From IMG/VR virus record IMGVR_UViG_3300045988_147626, positions 1 to 45,319 of that record: a stretch of 45,319 bases of DNA. The stretch is one strand, 5' to 3'. Positions 17,362 through 25,094 of this stretch are shown one piece after another (positions within the stretch are counted from its first letter, which is position 1; every line of letters starts with the position of its first letter). Below the pieces are notes generated by a model. The model was not told the origin of the DNA and ran no database searches. It was given only the letters and a program-made list of their open reading frames with translations. The position numbers and the translations under genes are program-made. The DNA is from a virus.

Positions 17362-18382
17362 CTTGCTCAAAATGCTTATTGATAAGGTCATTTTGTTTTA
17401 CAGACTCATTTGAGATAGCATTTCGGTAAACAGTTTTCATCACACCGTCAGTGCTCCAGCCGCCGCGTTGCAGAATATACTGATCCGGAACACCAATGGC
17501 GTGCATGATACTTGCCGAGTAGTGCCGCAGATCATGAAAGCGGAAATCTGGAAGCCCGGCTTTCGCCAACGCCCGCTTGAAACGGTGTGAGATGGTATCA
17601 GGGGTGGACGAAAACAAATGCCCTTTGATACCGGATAGTTTTGCGATTACCGGATCCGGAAGCGGTATAGTGCGATAGGAGGCATAGGTTTTAGGAACCT
17701 TTGTGTACCATACGTTATCCTTGCCCCGGACATAACTCTTTGTAATGGAGACCATGTTGCCTGTAATGTCTTTGTCAGTAAGAGCGCAGAGCTCGCTGCG
17801 GCGTAATGGCCCGAAAGCTCCCAACAGTACAGCACGCTCCAATTCTGGATCATCTTGAATGCTATCCAGCAATTTTTTTATGTCAGCATCAGAAGGACAA
17901 TACAGTTCAGCCTTCTTTTTGGCTGGCAGCTGGATCTTAAAATGTTGATCCGGAGCAAACATTTCCAGGGTCGGCTTCAACAGTCCGATGATGTTATGGA
18001 CTGATTTTGGAGATAGGTCTCGGCTCATGTCGGAGATCCAGATCTGCAGCTGCTGGCTGGTTAAGTCATTGATTTTAGTTTTCCCGAATGGTCCGGAAAA
18101 ACGGGTTTTATAAATGGATTCGTATCCGCGTATGGTGGCAGGAGAAAGGACGCCGTCCTTTGCGTCGATATACCTCCGGGCAGCACTCTGGACCGTTAGA
18201 TTGGAGGCGGCCTCTTGCTCGTATTTGCGATGTAGCTGCCATTCGCTTCGCAGTGCTTTAGCTTCTGCCAGCGTCGGAGCCGTAAAACTGCGGTAGTGCT
18301 TTTTGCCAGCATCGTCTGTGTAATCATATGCCTGGATCCGGACAGAGCCGGACGGCAGCAAGTGCTTTTGTTTTTTTGCCAT
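17333..18382 (-). CDS. int: Tyrosine integrase (phage integrase family with N-terminal arm-binding domain)
   Basis: 349 aa. C-terminal RFHDLRHYSAS and GGW...MKTVY catalytic motifs. Located next to the attP-like region. Confidence 0.92.
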   Translation of the reverse strand: MAKKQKHLLPSGSVRIQAYDYTDDAGKKHYRSFTAPTLAEAKALRSEWQLHRKYEQEAASNLTVQSAARRYIDAKDGVLSPATIRGYESIYKTRFSGPFGKTKINDLTSQQLQIWISDMSRDLSPKSVHNIIGLLKPTLEMFAPDQHFKIQLPAKKKAELYCPSDADIKKLLDSIQDDPELERAVLLGAFGPLRRSELCALTDKDITGNMVSITKSYVRGKDNVWYTKVPKTYASYRTIPLPDPVIAKLSGIKGHLFSSTPDTISHRFKRALAKAGLPDFRFHDLRHYSASIMHAIGVPDQYILQRGGWSTDGVMKTVYRNAISNESVKQNDLINKHFEQVSHEISHDA

Positions 18383-18520
18383 ATATCATTCTCCTCTCTG
18401 GTTGCGATGCCGCAACTCTTTAAATCTATACACACGGTGATAGACTCTGTGTGGATTTTATAAATGGGTATAAGAATAACAGCCCTTGCCAGAGTGCTCT
18501 GGAAATGATATAATTCAGGT

Positions 18521-18614
18521 GTTCAAGCTGGATTAATCATAACCGGAGCAATCCGGTAAGAGAAATCTATGTAAAGCCGTTCGGTGTTGGTAGCACCGGG
18601 CGGTTTTGCGTTTT
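18521..18614 (+). ncRNA. Candidate small RNA (promoter to terminator unit, about 94 nt)
   Basis: TTGCCA (18486..18491), 17-nt spacer, TATAAT (18509..18514). An internal hairpin lies at 18542..18557. The terminator stem 18577..18586 / 18594..18603 is followed by TTTTGCGTTTT. No ORF. Confidence 0.3.
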
Positions 18615-18642
18615 ATAAAGTAGAAAATAAATAGGATTTAAT

Positions 18643-19311
18643 TTATTTGGAAGTTGTATTTGGCAGCTTTCTAGCTTTTGTCCGAATCCCGTCGATATGT
18701 TCAAATAAATCATCCTTGATAGGAGAACGCATAGGATCCAGAATAAAATCAATTCCTTCACGTCGAGCTTGCTTGGCAGCCGGAACGAAGTCACTGTCTC
18801 CAGAAATTAAAATAATACGATCAACCTGCTTTTTAAAAGCTAAAGAGGAGATATCAACACCAATACGCATATCCACGCCCTTTTGGGAAATGGACAGAGA
18901 AAAATCTTTTTCAGTTAAATCAGAAATGGAAATTTTCCCAGATAGCAACTTTTTAGTAATATCCGGTTTAATATTAAATAAAGCTTGTTCTTCAGCTAAA
19001 CGTCCAAGTCGAAGAGCAAATTTTCGTTGATGCTTCAGTTCATTGAAAAAATCAGTTGCCCAAGAAAAATCTGGAGTCTGAGATAAATTAATAGCACGTT
19101 TTAATAGTGGATGGTAAATGTTTTTTGCACTTGGCGGGCAATCGTAGTAGAAAACTCTATACAAAGAAGCCCCCTCTTTTTCCTCTGAGATGTGGCGATG
19201 GCAGTAGAATGAAAGCTCTTTTGCACGTTCGGCTGGCGTTTTGTCACCATATATATTAAAAGCACGTTTTCTATAAAAAGCTCCGTCTACAAGAATTGCT
19301 GTTTTTATCAT
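18643..19311 (-). CDS. NYN-domain (LabA/PIN-like) putative RNase, lysogeny-module moron
   Basis: Starts IKTAILVDGAFY and contains ILISGDSDFVPA, both typical of NYN/LabA-like domains. AAGGAG RBS. AT-rich island between int and the repressor operon. Confidence 0.75.
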   Translation of the reverse strand: MIKTAILVDGAFYRKRAFNIYGDKTPAERAKELSFYCHRHISEEKEGASLYRVFYYDCPPSAKNIYHPLLKRAINLSQTPDFSWATDFFNELKHQRKFALRLGRLAEEQALFNIKPDITKKLLSGKISISDLTEKDFSLSISQKGVDMRIGVDISSLAFKKQVDRIILISGDSDFVPAAKQARREGIDFILDPMRSPIKDDLFEHIDGIRTKARKLPNTTSK

Positions 19312-19330
19312 AATGTAATACTCCTTATCT

Positions 19331-19392
19331 AAATAAAAAATACCCCTAGCGTCATCACATCCCTTATGGTGGGAGGATTACTGCTAGGGGTA
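19331..19392 (-). terminator. Intrinsic terminator / attenuator hairpin in the leader of the NYN gene
   Basis: On the minus strand, TACCCCTAGC...GCTAGGGGTA (19383..19392 / 19341..19350) is followed by TTTTTTATTT, and the AAGGAG RBS comes immediately after. Confidence 0.55.
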
Positions 19393-19460
19393 TACTCTCA
19401 AGCTAGCGCATTGCAAAAAGCAATGATTAAATTCTTTTGTACCACATATGTGGTATCATT

Positions 19461-19489
19461 AATTTACCCCAAAACAGTAAAAATGTCAA
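19461..19489 (-). promoter_or_regulatory. Candidate SigA-type promoter for the NYN gene
   Basis: The minus strand reads TTGACA, 17-nt spacer, TAAATT. A 16-bp perfect palindrome TACCACATATGTGGTA (19440..19455) lies just downstream. Confidence 0.4.
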
Positions 19490-19826
19490 TAGTGTATAAA
19501 AAAATATTAAAAAAATTTGTTTTAGTCCTGTTTTTTATGCACAATATCAATAGGATGTTGTGGAACATAAAAAGCGCCTAAATCTCAATTCAATCAGTTC
19601 CATCGGATATCCCGTGCAATCACAGAACTGGCTCTGCGTGCATCCGGAATAAGCTTGCAACAAATCCTCCGATATAAGCAGTTGAGCCGCAAATAAAAAT
19701 TTACATTCATGTCGGATCTCGTCGGCAGTTAATAAAGAGATATTTTTTAATAAAACCCCTGCTTTTTTATCAAATGTAATTTGAGCATTTATGACATCAT
19801 GTATATTCTCCTTAGATTCTAATTTA

Positions 19827-20285
19827 CTATATTTTCTCGATTACCGCCAGATACGGTTCAAATATAATCAGATATCCATCCAGCTCCGTATAGCATCCAT
19901 ACTTTTCGCGGTAACACTCCAGCGCCTCTTTCAGAAAATCCTCTGACACTTCCAGGCACTCTGCCAGTTCGTGTAGGTTGCGGCAATGCTTTCGGTAGCC
20001 CTGAATGATGCCAGAAAGTCCGATGCGCTTATTGTAAGCCCACAGACGCGCCAAGCGTTCCTGCTTTCTATCCATCACGGAATCCTGTTCGATAATACGG
20101 CCTACTGTTGTATGATGGTGTCCAAGCTCCTCGGCCAGGACACAGGACTTTTGCCTGTATGTCGGTATATCCTGTCTGATAGCAATTCTTTTCCCTTTAA
20201 TTCGTCCATCGCTGACTTTCAGAGGCTTTTCCTTAACTATTAGCCCTTCTGCTTCAGCTTCCATCAGTAAATCCTCATAATTCAC
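19827..20285 (-). CDS. ImmA/IrrE-family metalloprotease (anti-repressor protease)
   Basis: HEXXH motif in LAEELGHHHTT. 152 aa. Directly downstream of the XRE repressor, as in ImmR/ImmA pairs. Confidence 0.85.
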   Translation of the reverse strand: MNYEDLLMEAEAEGLIVKEKPLKVSDGRIKGKRIAIRQDIPTYRQKSCVLAEELGHHHTTVGRIIEQDSVMDRKQERLARLWAYNKRIGLSGIIQGYRKHCRNLHELAECLEVSEDFLKEALECYREKYGCYTELDGYLIIFEPYLAVIEKI

Positions 20286-20305
20286 TATAAATCGCCTCGC
20301 TTATA

Positions 20306-20857
20306 TTAAAAGTTCGGATCATCCATAATATCATCATCGTGTTTAGCCGAGAGTTCTTCGGTGTCGATGTCGGTTCGCTCATGCGCTGCATCCGGCATGA
20401 GGTGGTATTGTTCTTCCTCCATCTTCTGGATGGCTAGGAGGTTATCGGAGTAATTAACCACTTTTTTCTTGTTTGTGTCGGAAAGCTGGTTGTAATTATC
20501 TATCAGGCGTTTCTGATTGCCGTGAAACTTCTCGACATTTTGAGCTATTTTAGCAAGCGTATCATCGGAGGCTTCTTTACCGATGCAATTTTCGTCATAT
20601 TGTGTCCAGTCTGTTGCATTCATAGGAACGTCATAACCCATTAGCCATGTTTCCGATACATTTAACGCTTGGGAAAGAGCGGTTAGTTTTTCTTGACCTG
20701 GCAAAACTTTTCCAGATACATATTGGGACAAATCATTTCGTCCCATTTTTATTCCGAGTTCTTTACAGTATGGTTCTGCTTTTTTTAAGATATCAATTTG
20801 CCTGAGATTATAAAGTCGCATTACTTCTTTTAATCGGGCAGAGGTTGTAGTTTTCAT
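20306..20857 (-). CDS. XRE-family (CI-like) repressor
   Basis: The HTH region LRQIDILKKAEPYCKELGIKMGRNDLSQYVSGKVLPGQEKLTALSQALNVSETWLMG is XRE-like. ATG at 20857 follows AGGAGG. Divergent from the Cro-like gene. Confidence 0.85.
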   Translation of the reverse strand: MKTTTSARLKEVMRLYNLRQIDILKKAEPYCKELGIKMGRNDLSQYVSGKVLPGQEKLTALSQALNVSETWLMGYDVPMNATDWTQYDENCIGKEASDDTLAKIAQNVEKFHGNQKRLIDNYNQLSDTNKKKVVNYSDNLLAIQKMEEEQYHLMPDAAHERTDIDTEELSAKHDDDIMDDPNF

Positions 20858-20899
20858 GCTGTTTTTCCTCCTATATTGATACATTGATAATAACATGGC

Positions 20900-20997
20900 T
20901 TGAACAAAAGTTCAATACTTAAATTCAAAAAAATCGAACAAAACCATTGACAAGAAACTGATACATTGCTATTATAAAGATGTCAATGATATTGAAC
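20900..20997. promoter_or_regulatory. Lysis-lysogeny switch: rightward promoter and operator repeats
   Basis: TTGACA (20947..20952), 17-nt spacer, TATTAT (20970..20975). Palindrome TTGAACAAAAGTTCAA at 20900..20915. Further TTGAAC/GTTCAA-like half sites lie at 20924..20939 and 20992..20997. Confidence 0.6.
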
Positions 20998-21015
20998 GAA
21001 AGGCGGTGATATAAA

Positions 21016-21240
21016 TTGGCGTATGATTATAGGAAATTAAAGGGACGGATAGTTGAGATTTATGGGAAACAGCAACTTTTTGCCTTGGCAATGGGGTGGT
21101 CTGAACGAACATGCTCTCTTAAATTAAGCAATCGTGTGTTTTGGAAGCAGCCAGAAATAACACAAGCAGCTAAATTGCTTAAAATTAAAGAAAGCGAAAT
21201 TCAGCAATATTTTTTTACCACAAAAGTTCAACAATATTGA
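21016..21240 (+). CDS. DUF739-like Cro-type early regulator
   Basis: TTG start. YDYRKLKGRIVEIYGKQQLFALAMGWSERTCSLKLSNRV matches my recollection of DUF739 HTH proteins. Divergent from the repressor. Confidence 0.65.
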   Translation: MAYDYRKLKGRIVEIYGKQQLFALAMGWSERTCSLKLSNRVFWKQPEITQAAKLLKIKESEIQQYFFTTKVQQY

Positions 21241-21297
21241 ACTTCAAAAAAGAGGTGCATGACATTGTAGGTTGTGGAGCAGGGGAGGTGAGAAAAG

Positions 21298-21531
21298 GTG
21301 CCACATTTTAGTGAACCGATATTTACTGAAGCGAATAAAACCAAGATAGAGGCAGTTCTATATCAAGCTATGTTTGACGAAACAATAAGACTTCGAAAGT
21401 GTCACAGCCGATTGGAGCGCCGAGAAATAAGAGAATTTCTCATTTCAGCATATCGTGTATGTATGGAAAGAAATCTTGAAAATAAAGATCCAGATATTTT
21501 TCAAGACAATATGCAGCAATTACACCAATAA
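21298..21531 (+). CDS. Hypothetical protein (77 aa)
   Basis: GTG start after GGGGAGGTGAGA RBS. Its 3-prime end overlaps the convergent minus-strand ORF by about 90 nt. Confidence 0.45.
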   Translation: MPHFSEPIFTEANKTKIEAVLYQAMFDETIRLRKCHSRLERREIREFLISAYRVCMERNLENKDPDIFQDNMQQLHQ

Positions 21532-21955
21532 GCCAATAAAGCAGGTTAATGATGGCTTTGGCAATATCTGGAATTTCGATTTCAAAATGTTCAAGAATGT
21601 TTTTTGGTAAAAAAATCCAATAAAAAGGATTTATGCTTTGTAACATTCGAAACATATAGACACCTATGGTTTTCTGAAAAATGATTTCTAAAGCATGATA
21701 AGAATCTTTTCGATGCAAGGAATTTGAGATGTAATCTTTGGTAGCTTGAGTAATTCCATTGGTTCTTATGGTAGAAATAATAATCTTCTGGGTTCCAGCT
21801 GAATTAAATAATGATGTTGCAAACGGGCAGTACAAAGAAAGATTGCTAGGTTGCTTTTTAAAAATGTGAAAAATAAAGAGAGTGCCGATAAGCCTAAAAA
21901 AATTTAAGGTGAATTTAAGTACAGAAATTCCGGCGATAGCAAATATCAAATACAT
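21440..21955 (-). CDS. Hypothetical membrane protein (171 aa), reverse-strand moron
   Basis: AAAGGAGG RBS before ATG 21955. AT-rich. Hydrophobic N-terminal and C-terminal segments. Opposite to the early operon. Confidence 0.5.
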   Translation of the reverse strand: MYLIFAIAGISVLKFTLNFFRLIGTLFIFHIFKKQPSNLSLYCPFATSLFNSAGTQKIIISTIRTNGITQATKDYISNSLHRKDSYHALEIIFQKTIGVYMFRMLQSINPFYWIFLPKNILEHFEIEIPDIAKAIINLLYWLIGVIAAYCLEKYLDLYFQDFFPYIHDMLK

Positions 21956-22111
21956 AATAAAGTCCTCCTTTTATTATAGAAGTATAACACTGGGGAGCTG
22001 TAGAAGACAAGAAAGTGGTGAAAAAGATGAGAGAGAATCCTGCGAATGCTCAGATGTCATTAGCTGAGTAGTGGGAATTCTGTTCGCAACAACTGAAAGG
22101 AGAGTGAAATA

Positions 22112-22858
22112 GTGATGACTGATTTAATGAAGGTTACATACGAAACAGGACAGCCAACCGTATCAGCGAGAGAACTGCATGAGGGCTTAGGAATTGAAAC
22201 GCCATTTAAGAAATGGATTGACCGTATGTGTGAGTACGGATTTGAAAACAGGAAAGACTTTTGGACAAAAATGTCCGAAAGTACAGGTGGTCGCCCAGCA
22301 ACAGATTATGACATTACCATAGATATGGCAAAGCAGATCTGCATGATCCAGCGTAGCGAAAAGGGCAGACAGTACCGTGAGTATTTCCTGGAACTGGAAA
22401 AAGCCTGGAATTCACCGGAACAGGTATTTGCTAGAGCATTGCAGATGGCGGATCGGACAATCAATAGTCTGAAAGATCGTTGCCGTTTCCTTGGCGGTCA
22501 GATTACAGAACAGCAGAAAGTAATCGAGGAGTTACAGCCGAAAGCCTCTTACTATGACATGATTCTCCAGTGTAAGGAGCTGATTGCGACAACCGTGATT
22601 GCGAAAGATTATGGTATGTCTGCAAAAAAGTTCAATAAGATGCTCCATGATTTTGGGGTTCAGTTCAACCAGAGTGGTGTCTGGATGCTGTATGCGAAGT
22701 ATCAGGGAAGCGGCTATCTGAAAACTAAAACACATAATTATCCAGATGCGGAAGGTGTTCAGCATTCAAAAGAGCATTCCTATTGGACGCAAAAAGGGCG
22801 TCTGTTTTTATATGACCTGTTGAAGCGGAATGGGGTGTTGCCCTTGGTTGAGGCGTAA
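22112..22858 (+). CDS. Phage antirepressor (AntA-like N-terminus, KilAC-like C-terminus)
   Basis: N-terminal SARELHEGLGIETPFKKWI...QICMIQRSEKGRQYREYFLELEK and C-terminal TVIAKDYGMSAKKFNKMLHDFGVQ are typical Ant/KilAC motifs. Confidence 0.85.
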   Translation: MMTDLMKVTYETGQPTVSARELHEGLGIETPFKKWIDRMCEYGFENRKDFWTKMSESTGGRPATDYDITIDMAKQICMIQRSEKGRQYREYFLELEKAWNSPEQVFARALQMADRTINSLKDRCRFLGGQITEQQKVIEELQPKASYYDMILQCKELIATTVIAKDYGMSAKKFNKMLHDFGVQFNQSGVWMLYAKYQGSGYLKTKTHNYPDAEGVQHSKEHSYWTQKGRLFLYDLLKRNGVLPLVEA

Positions 22859-22936
22859 ATCTTTTGTAGCAGAGGGCGTATTCCGATGGAGGGAGGTGAG
22901 AGGGATGAACCAAGCAGACAGAAGGGAGGCGGAAAA

Positions 22937-23062
22937 GTGAAAAAGGGCGTGATATTTTTCTTGCTTGCGCTCTCCGTATTAATGATTCGTTCGGAATACG
23001 GAGATTTGCCAGCAAGTTTGTATGGAATTTTTATGGGATGGACTTTGGGAAGAGCTGATTAA
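22937..23062 (+). CDS. Possible small hydrophobic protein (41 aa)
   Basis: GTG start 7 nt after GGGAGG. One predicted TM segment. Below the track length cutoff. Confidence 0.3.
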   Translation: MKKGVIFFLLALSVLMIRSEYGDLPASLYGIFMGWTLGRAD

Positions 23063-23703
23063 AAACTTTTAGATCCAAGTTGTACACCAATATAAGAAAT
23101 AATACAAAATCCAATACAATAGAACAAGAGAGACGACCAAGTCACGGGAGAGAATGCGGCGCTAAGAAACGCGCCTGGAAATAAATACAGAAGAAACAAA
23201 TACCCCCAAATAGTACGAATCTTATCAATGAGTGTTTTTCGCCTAAACAATTCGAAAGCATTAATATGTGGATATCCAAGTTTCCTTTTTAGAGATTCAT
23301 AATCTACATAAACTTGATATTTGATTTGGCGAAGTATTTCTTGATGATTTTGCTTTAATAGTAGTGCTTGATGAAAGTCTTCGGTAAGCTGATGCAGTTG
23401 AGGAAAGACCAGTTCATAGTGTTTGCGCAAAATAATCTGCATTCGGTTTGAAAGTTTTATTAAGCTTTGGCAGTCAAGTTTTGAGATGTCTTGAACAAAA
23501 AGAAGTTTATACAATGGTAAATATACCTTTTCAAGTTGCTCTTGATTGATTGCCTTGTGTCGGGGATTATTTGAAGCATATCGCCCCATTACATAGGAAA
23601 TGGCGGTTGAAAGAATAAGTTTGACCCATATAATCAGAGATTCGAAGGATATAGGGTATTCAGCGATGATATGTTGAAAAAATTGTTTCATGAAATTCTC
23701 CAT
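23059..23703 (-). CDS. Hypothetical membrane protein (214 aa), reverse-strand moron
   Basis: AT-rich minus-strand ORF. One N-terminal and two C-terminal hydrophobic segments around a helical core. Flanked by a 20-bp direct repeat. Confidence 0.6.
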   Translation of the reverse strand: MENFMKQFFQHIIAEYPISFESLIIWVKLILSTAISYVMGRYASNNPRHKAINQEQLEKVYLPLYKLLFVQDISKLDCQSLIKLSNRMQIILRKHYELVFPQLHQLTEDFHQALLLKQNHQEILRQIKYQVYVDYESLKRKLGYPHINAFELFRRKTLIDKIRTIWGYLFLLYLFPGAFLSAAFSPVTWSSLLFYCIGFCIISYIGVQLGSKSF

Positions 23704-23833
23704 TCTAGTGTAATTAGACTTTGATGGAAGCCTATGAATTCAGTATAGGGCAAGTAGAGAGAAAAGACAATGGGGGAGTTCCTGTGAGTGAACTGTTGGG
23801 GTAAAGCTGGCAAGTAGAAGGGAGGTGAGAGGG

Positions 23834-24112
23834 ATGAAGAAAGAACAGGACGCCGGCAAGAAGAAGAATCCACATCCGTGGAGAACGTGGATCCTTTTAT
23901 TAGCAATTATTCAGATTCTGACAGTGTTTCAGATGTGGCAGATGAACCAGAAGATTTGGAAGGCTTTGGTTCAGCAGAGCCGGGATGTGATTCAGCTTGG
24001 GGATCGTTTGAGCGATCATCTGAGGAATGAGAATCGTCACGTTGAAGCAATGAATCAGCTGCTTGAAAGGGAGAAGCATCTGCTGGAGAGGTATTTGAAT
24101 CAGAATAGATAG
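23834..24112 (+). CDS. Hypothetical membrane-anchored coiled-coil protein (92 aa)
   Basis: ATG after GGGAGGTGAGAGGG RBS, with a TM segment WILLLAIIQILTVF. Overlaps minus ORF 23907..24284, so only one of the two is likely real. Confidence 0.4.
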   Translation: MKKEQDAGKKKNPHPWRTWILLLAIIQILTVFQMWQMNQKIWKALVQQSRDVIQLGDRLSDHLRNENRHVEAMNQLLEREKHLLERYLNQNR

Positions 24113-24284
24113 CCTCTAAAAGCTCGATGATTTTTAAACTCGCCTCGTATTGTTTGCGCTGGTTTTCGATCACTTCATCATTTTGCTGAATGAGTTTAGC
24201 GGTGTCTTCCATTTTCTCTTGGTGGTGTTGCTCTTGCCAGGTGGAGGGCGATTGGTTTTGGAAATATGAGGCAAACCAAAGCAT
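23907..24284 (-). CDS. Alternative hypothetical ORF (125 aa) antisense to 23834..24112
   Basis: Its N-terminal 55 aa cover otherwise non-coding DNA and look helical. There is no SD, and the C-terminus is low-complexity, consistent with an antisense artefact. Confidence 0.3.
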   Translation of the reverse strand: MLWFASYFQNQSPSTWQEQHHQEKMEDTAKLIQQNDEVIENQRKQYEASLKIIELLEAIYSDSNTSPADASPFQAADSLLQRDDSHSSDDRSNDPQAESHPGSAEPKPSKSSGSSATSETLSESE

Positions 24285-24357
24285 TAGAGGTATTAGAATG
24301 CTACCGATTAAAAACTGCTACCCAAATTTGGGTAGCGATAATCACGGAGGTTAGGAT

Positions 24358-24501
24358 ATGGTTGATTACCAAATTTCTATAGATATGGCGAGAACAATGA
24401 GTATAGCTGTGATAAACATAGCCGCAGTAACGTTGGCGGTCAGAGAACATTATTTGGCTGCATGGATGATGTGGGGAGTAGCGGCGTGGCTCTGCGTGTA
24501 A
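24358..24501 (+). CDS. Possible small membrane protein (47 aa)
   Basis: ATG 24358 follows GGAGG. Hydrophobic. Below the track cutoff. Confidence 0.35.
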   Translation: MVDYQISIDMARTMSIAVINIAAVTLAVREHYLAAWMMWGVAAWLCV

Positions 24502-24560
24502 CCATGCATTTTGTCTTTAAGATAAATTGAGACGAGACAGAGAAAGTGAGGTGGATTTGA

Positions 24561-24806
24561 ATGAGTAAATCAATCGTAAAACGACCGGAATATTGGTTCT
24601 GGATCAAGGATTGGGTATCTGCCATTAAAAACCGTACCGGATGGACGGATGAGGAGCTGGCAAAGCGAATCGGCACAGGAAGCCGGAACCTGCAGTATAT
24701 TGTCGGCAGACCGCCATCAGGGCGTGTTCTGCTGGTGTTCCGCCTGATGGCATTGTACATAGAGAAAACCGGGCGGAATCCGATGGATAAGGATTCGGTG
24801 GCATGA
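24561..24806 (+). CDS. Hypothetical early protein, possible HTH (81 aa)
   Basis: ORF with the GWTDEELAKRIGTGSRNLQYIV helix-turn-helix-like stretch. Confidence 0.55.
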   Translation: MSKSIVKRPEYWFWIKDWVSAIKNRTGWTDEELAKRIGTGSRNLQYIVGRPPSGRVLLVFRLMALYIEKTGRNPMDKDSVA

Positions 24807-24958
24807 GAAAGTCGTGTAGTACCTGCCGGAGTTGCTGGCGGTGTATGGAATCAGATCGGGAATACCCGTGCAAAGATTATAAGAAGAAAGTGAGGAAGCG
24901 TGATGAGAAGAGAACTGAAATGCATGGAACTGAGAAGTCAGAACCAGCGGATCATTGA
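24803..24958 (+). CDS. Possible Cys-rich small protein (51 aa)
   Basis: ATGA overlap with the upstream stop. CSTCRSCWRC...YPC pattern. Overlaps the start of the next track ORF. Confidence 0.35.
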   Translation: MRKSCSTCRSCWRCMESDREYPCKDYKKKVRKRDEKRTEMHGTEKSEPADH

Positions 24959-25094
24959 GGTGCTGGGCGAGGAACTGAGTAGAGCACAGGCAGATCTGCA
25001 GTTTGCTTGGCGATTAGCCTTTACCGGTCTGGCGATTGCAGCGGTGGCGACCGGGGCGATGGTGGCGATCGCGCAGGCGGCGGGGATGTTCTAA
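24900..25094 (+). CDS. Hypothetical small membrane protein (64 aa)
   Basis: Track ORF with the C-terminal hydrophobic segment LAFTGLAIAAVATGAMVAIAQAAG. The start is uncertain (24903 or 24924). Confidence 0.4.
   Translation: MMRRELKCMELRSQNQRIIEVLGEELSRAQADLQFAWRLAFTGLAIAAVATGAMVAIAQAAGMF

Noticed and set aside
19366-19581. 71-aa plus-strand ORF, and 18647..19030 plus-strand ORF
   Set aside because: The first lies across the predicted NYN leader and promoter and has no RBS. The second is antisense to the NYN gene. Both are AT-rich chance frames.
22107-22115. Extra plus-strand copies of the shufflon core AAATAGTGA, here (GTGAAATAGTGA at the antirepressor start) and at 44481..44489 in the connector gene
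   Set aside because: They are isolated copies far from the recombinase and are not paired with start-less cassettes. Recombination with them would invert 10-30 kb of essential genes. AAT AGT GA(N) is an ordinary N-S-D/E codon string, so these are probably chance. They are still worth including as decoy junctions when reads are screened.
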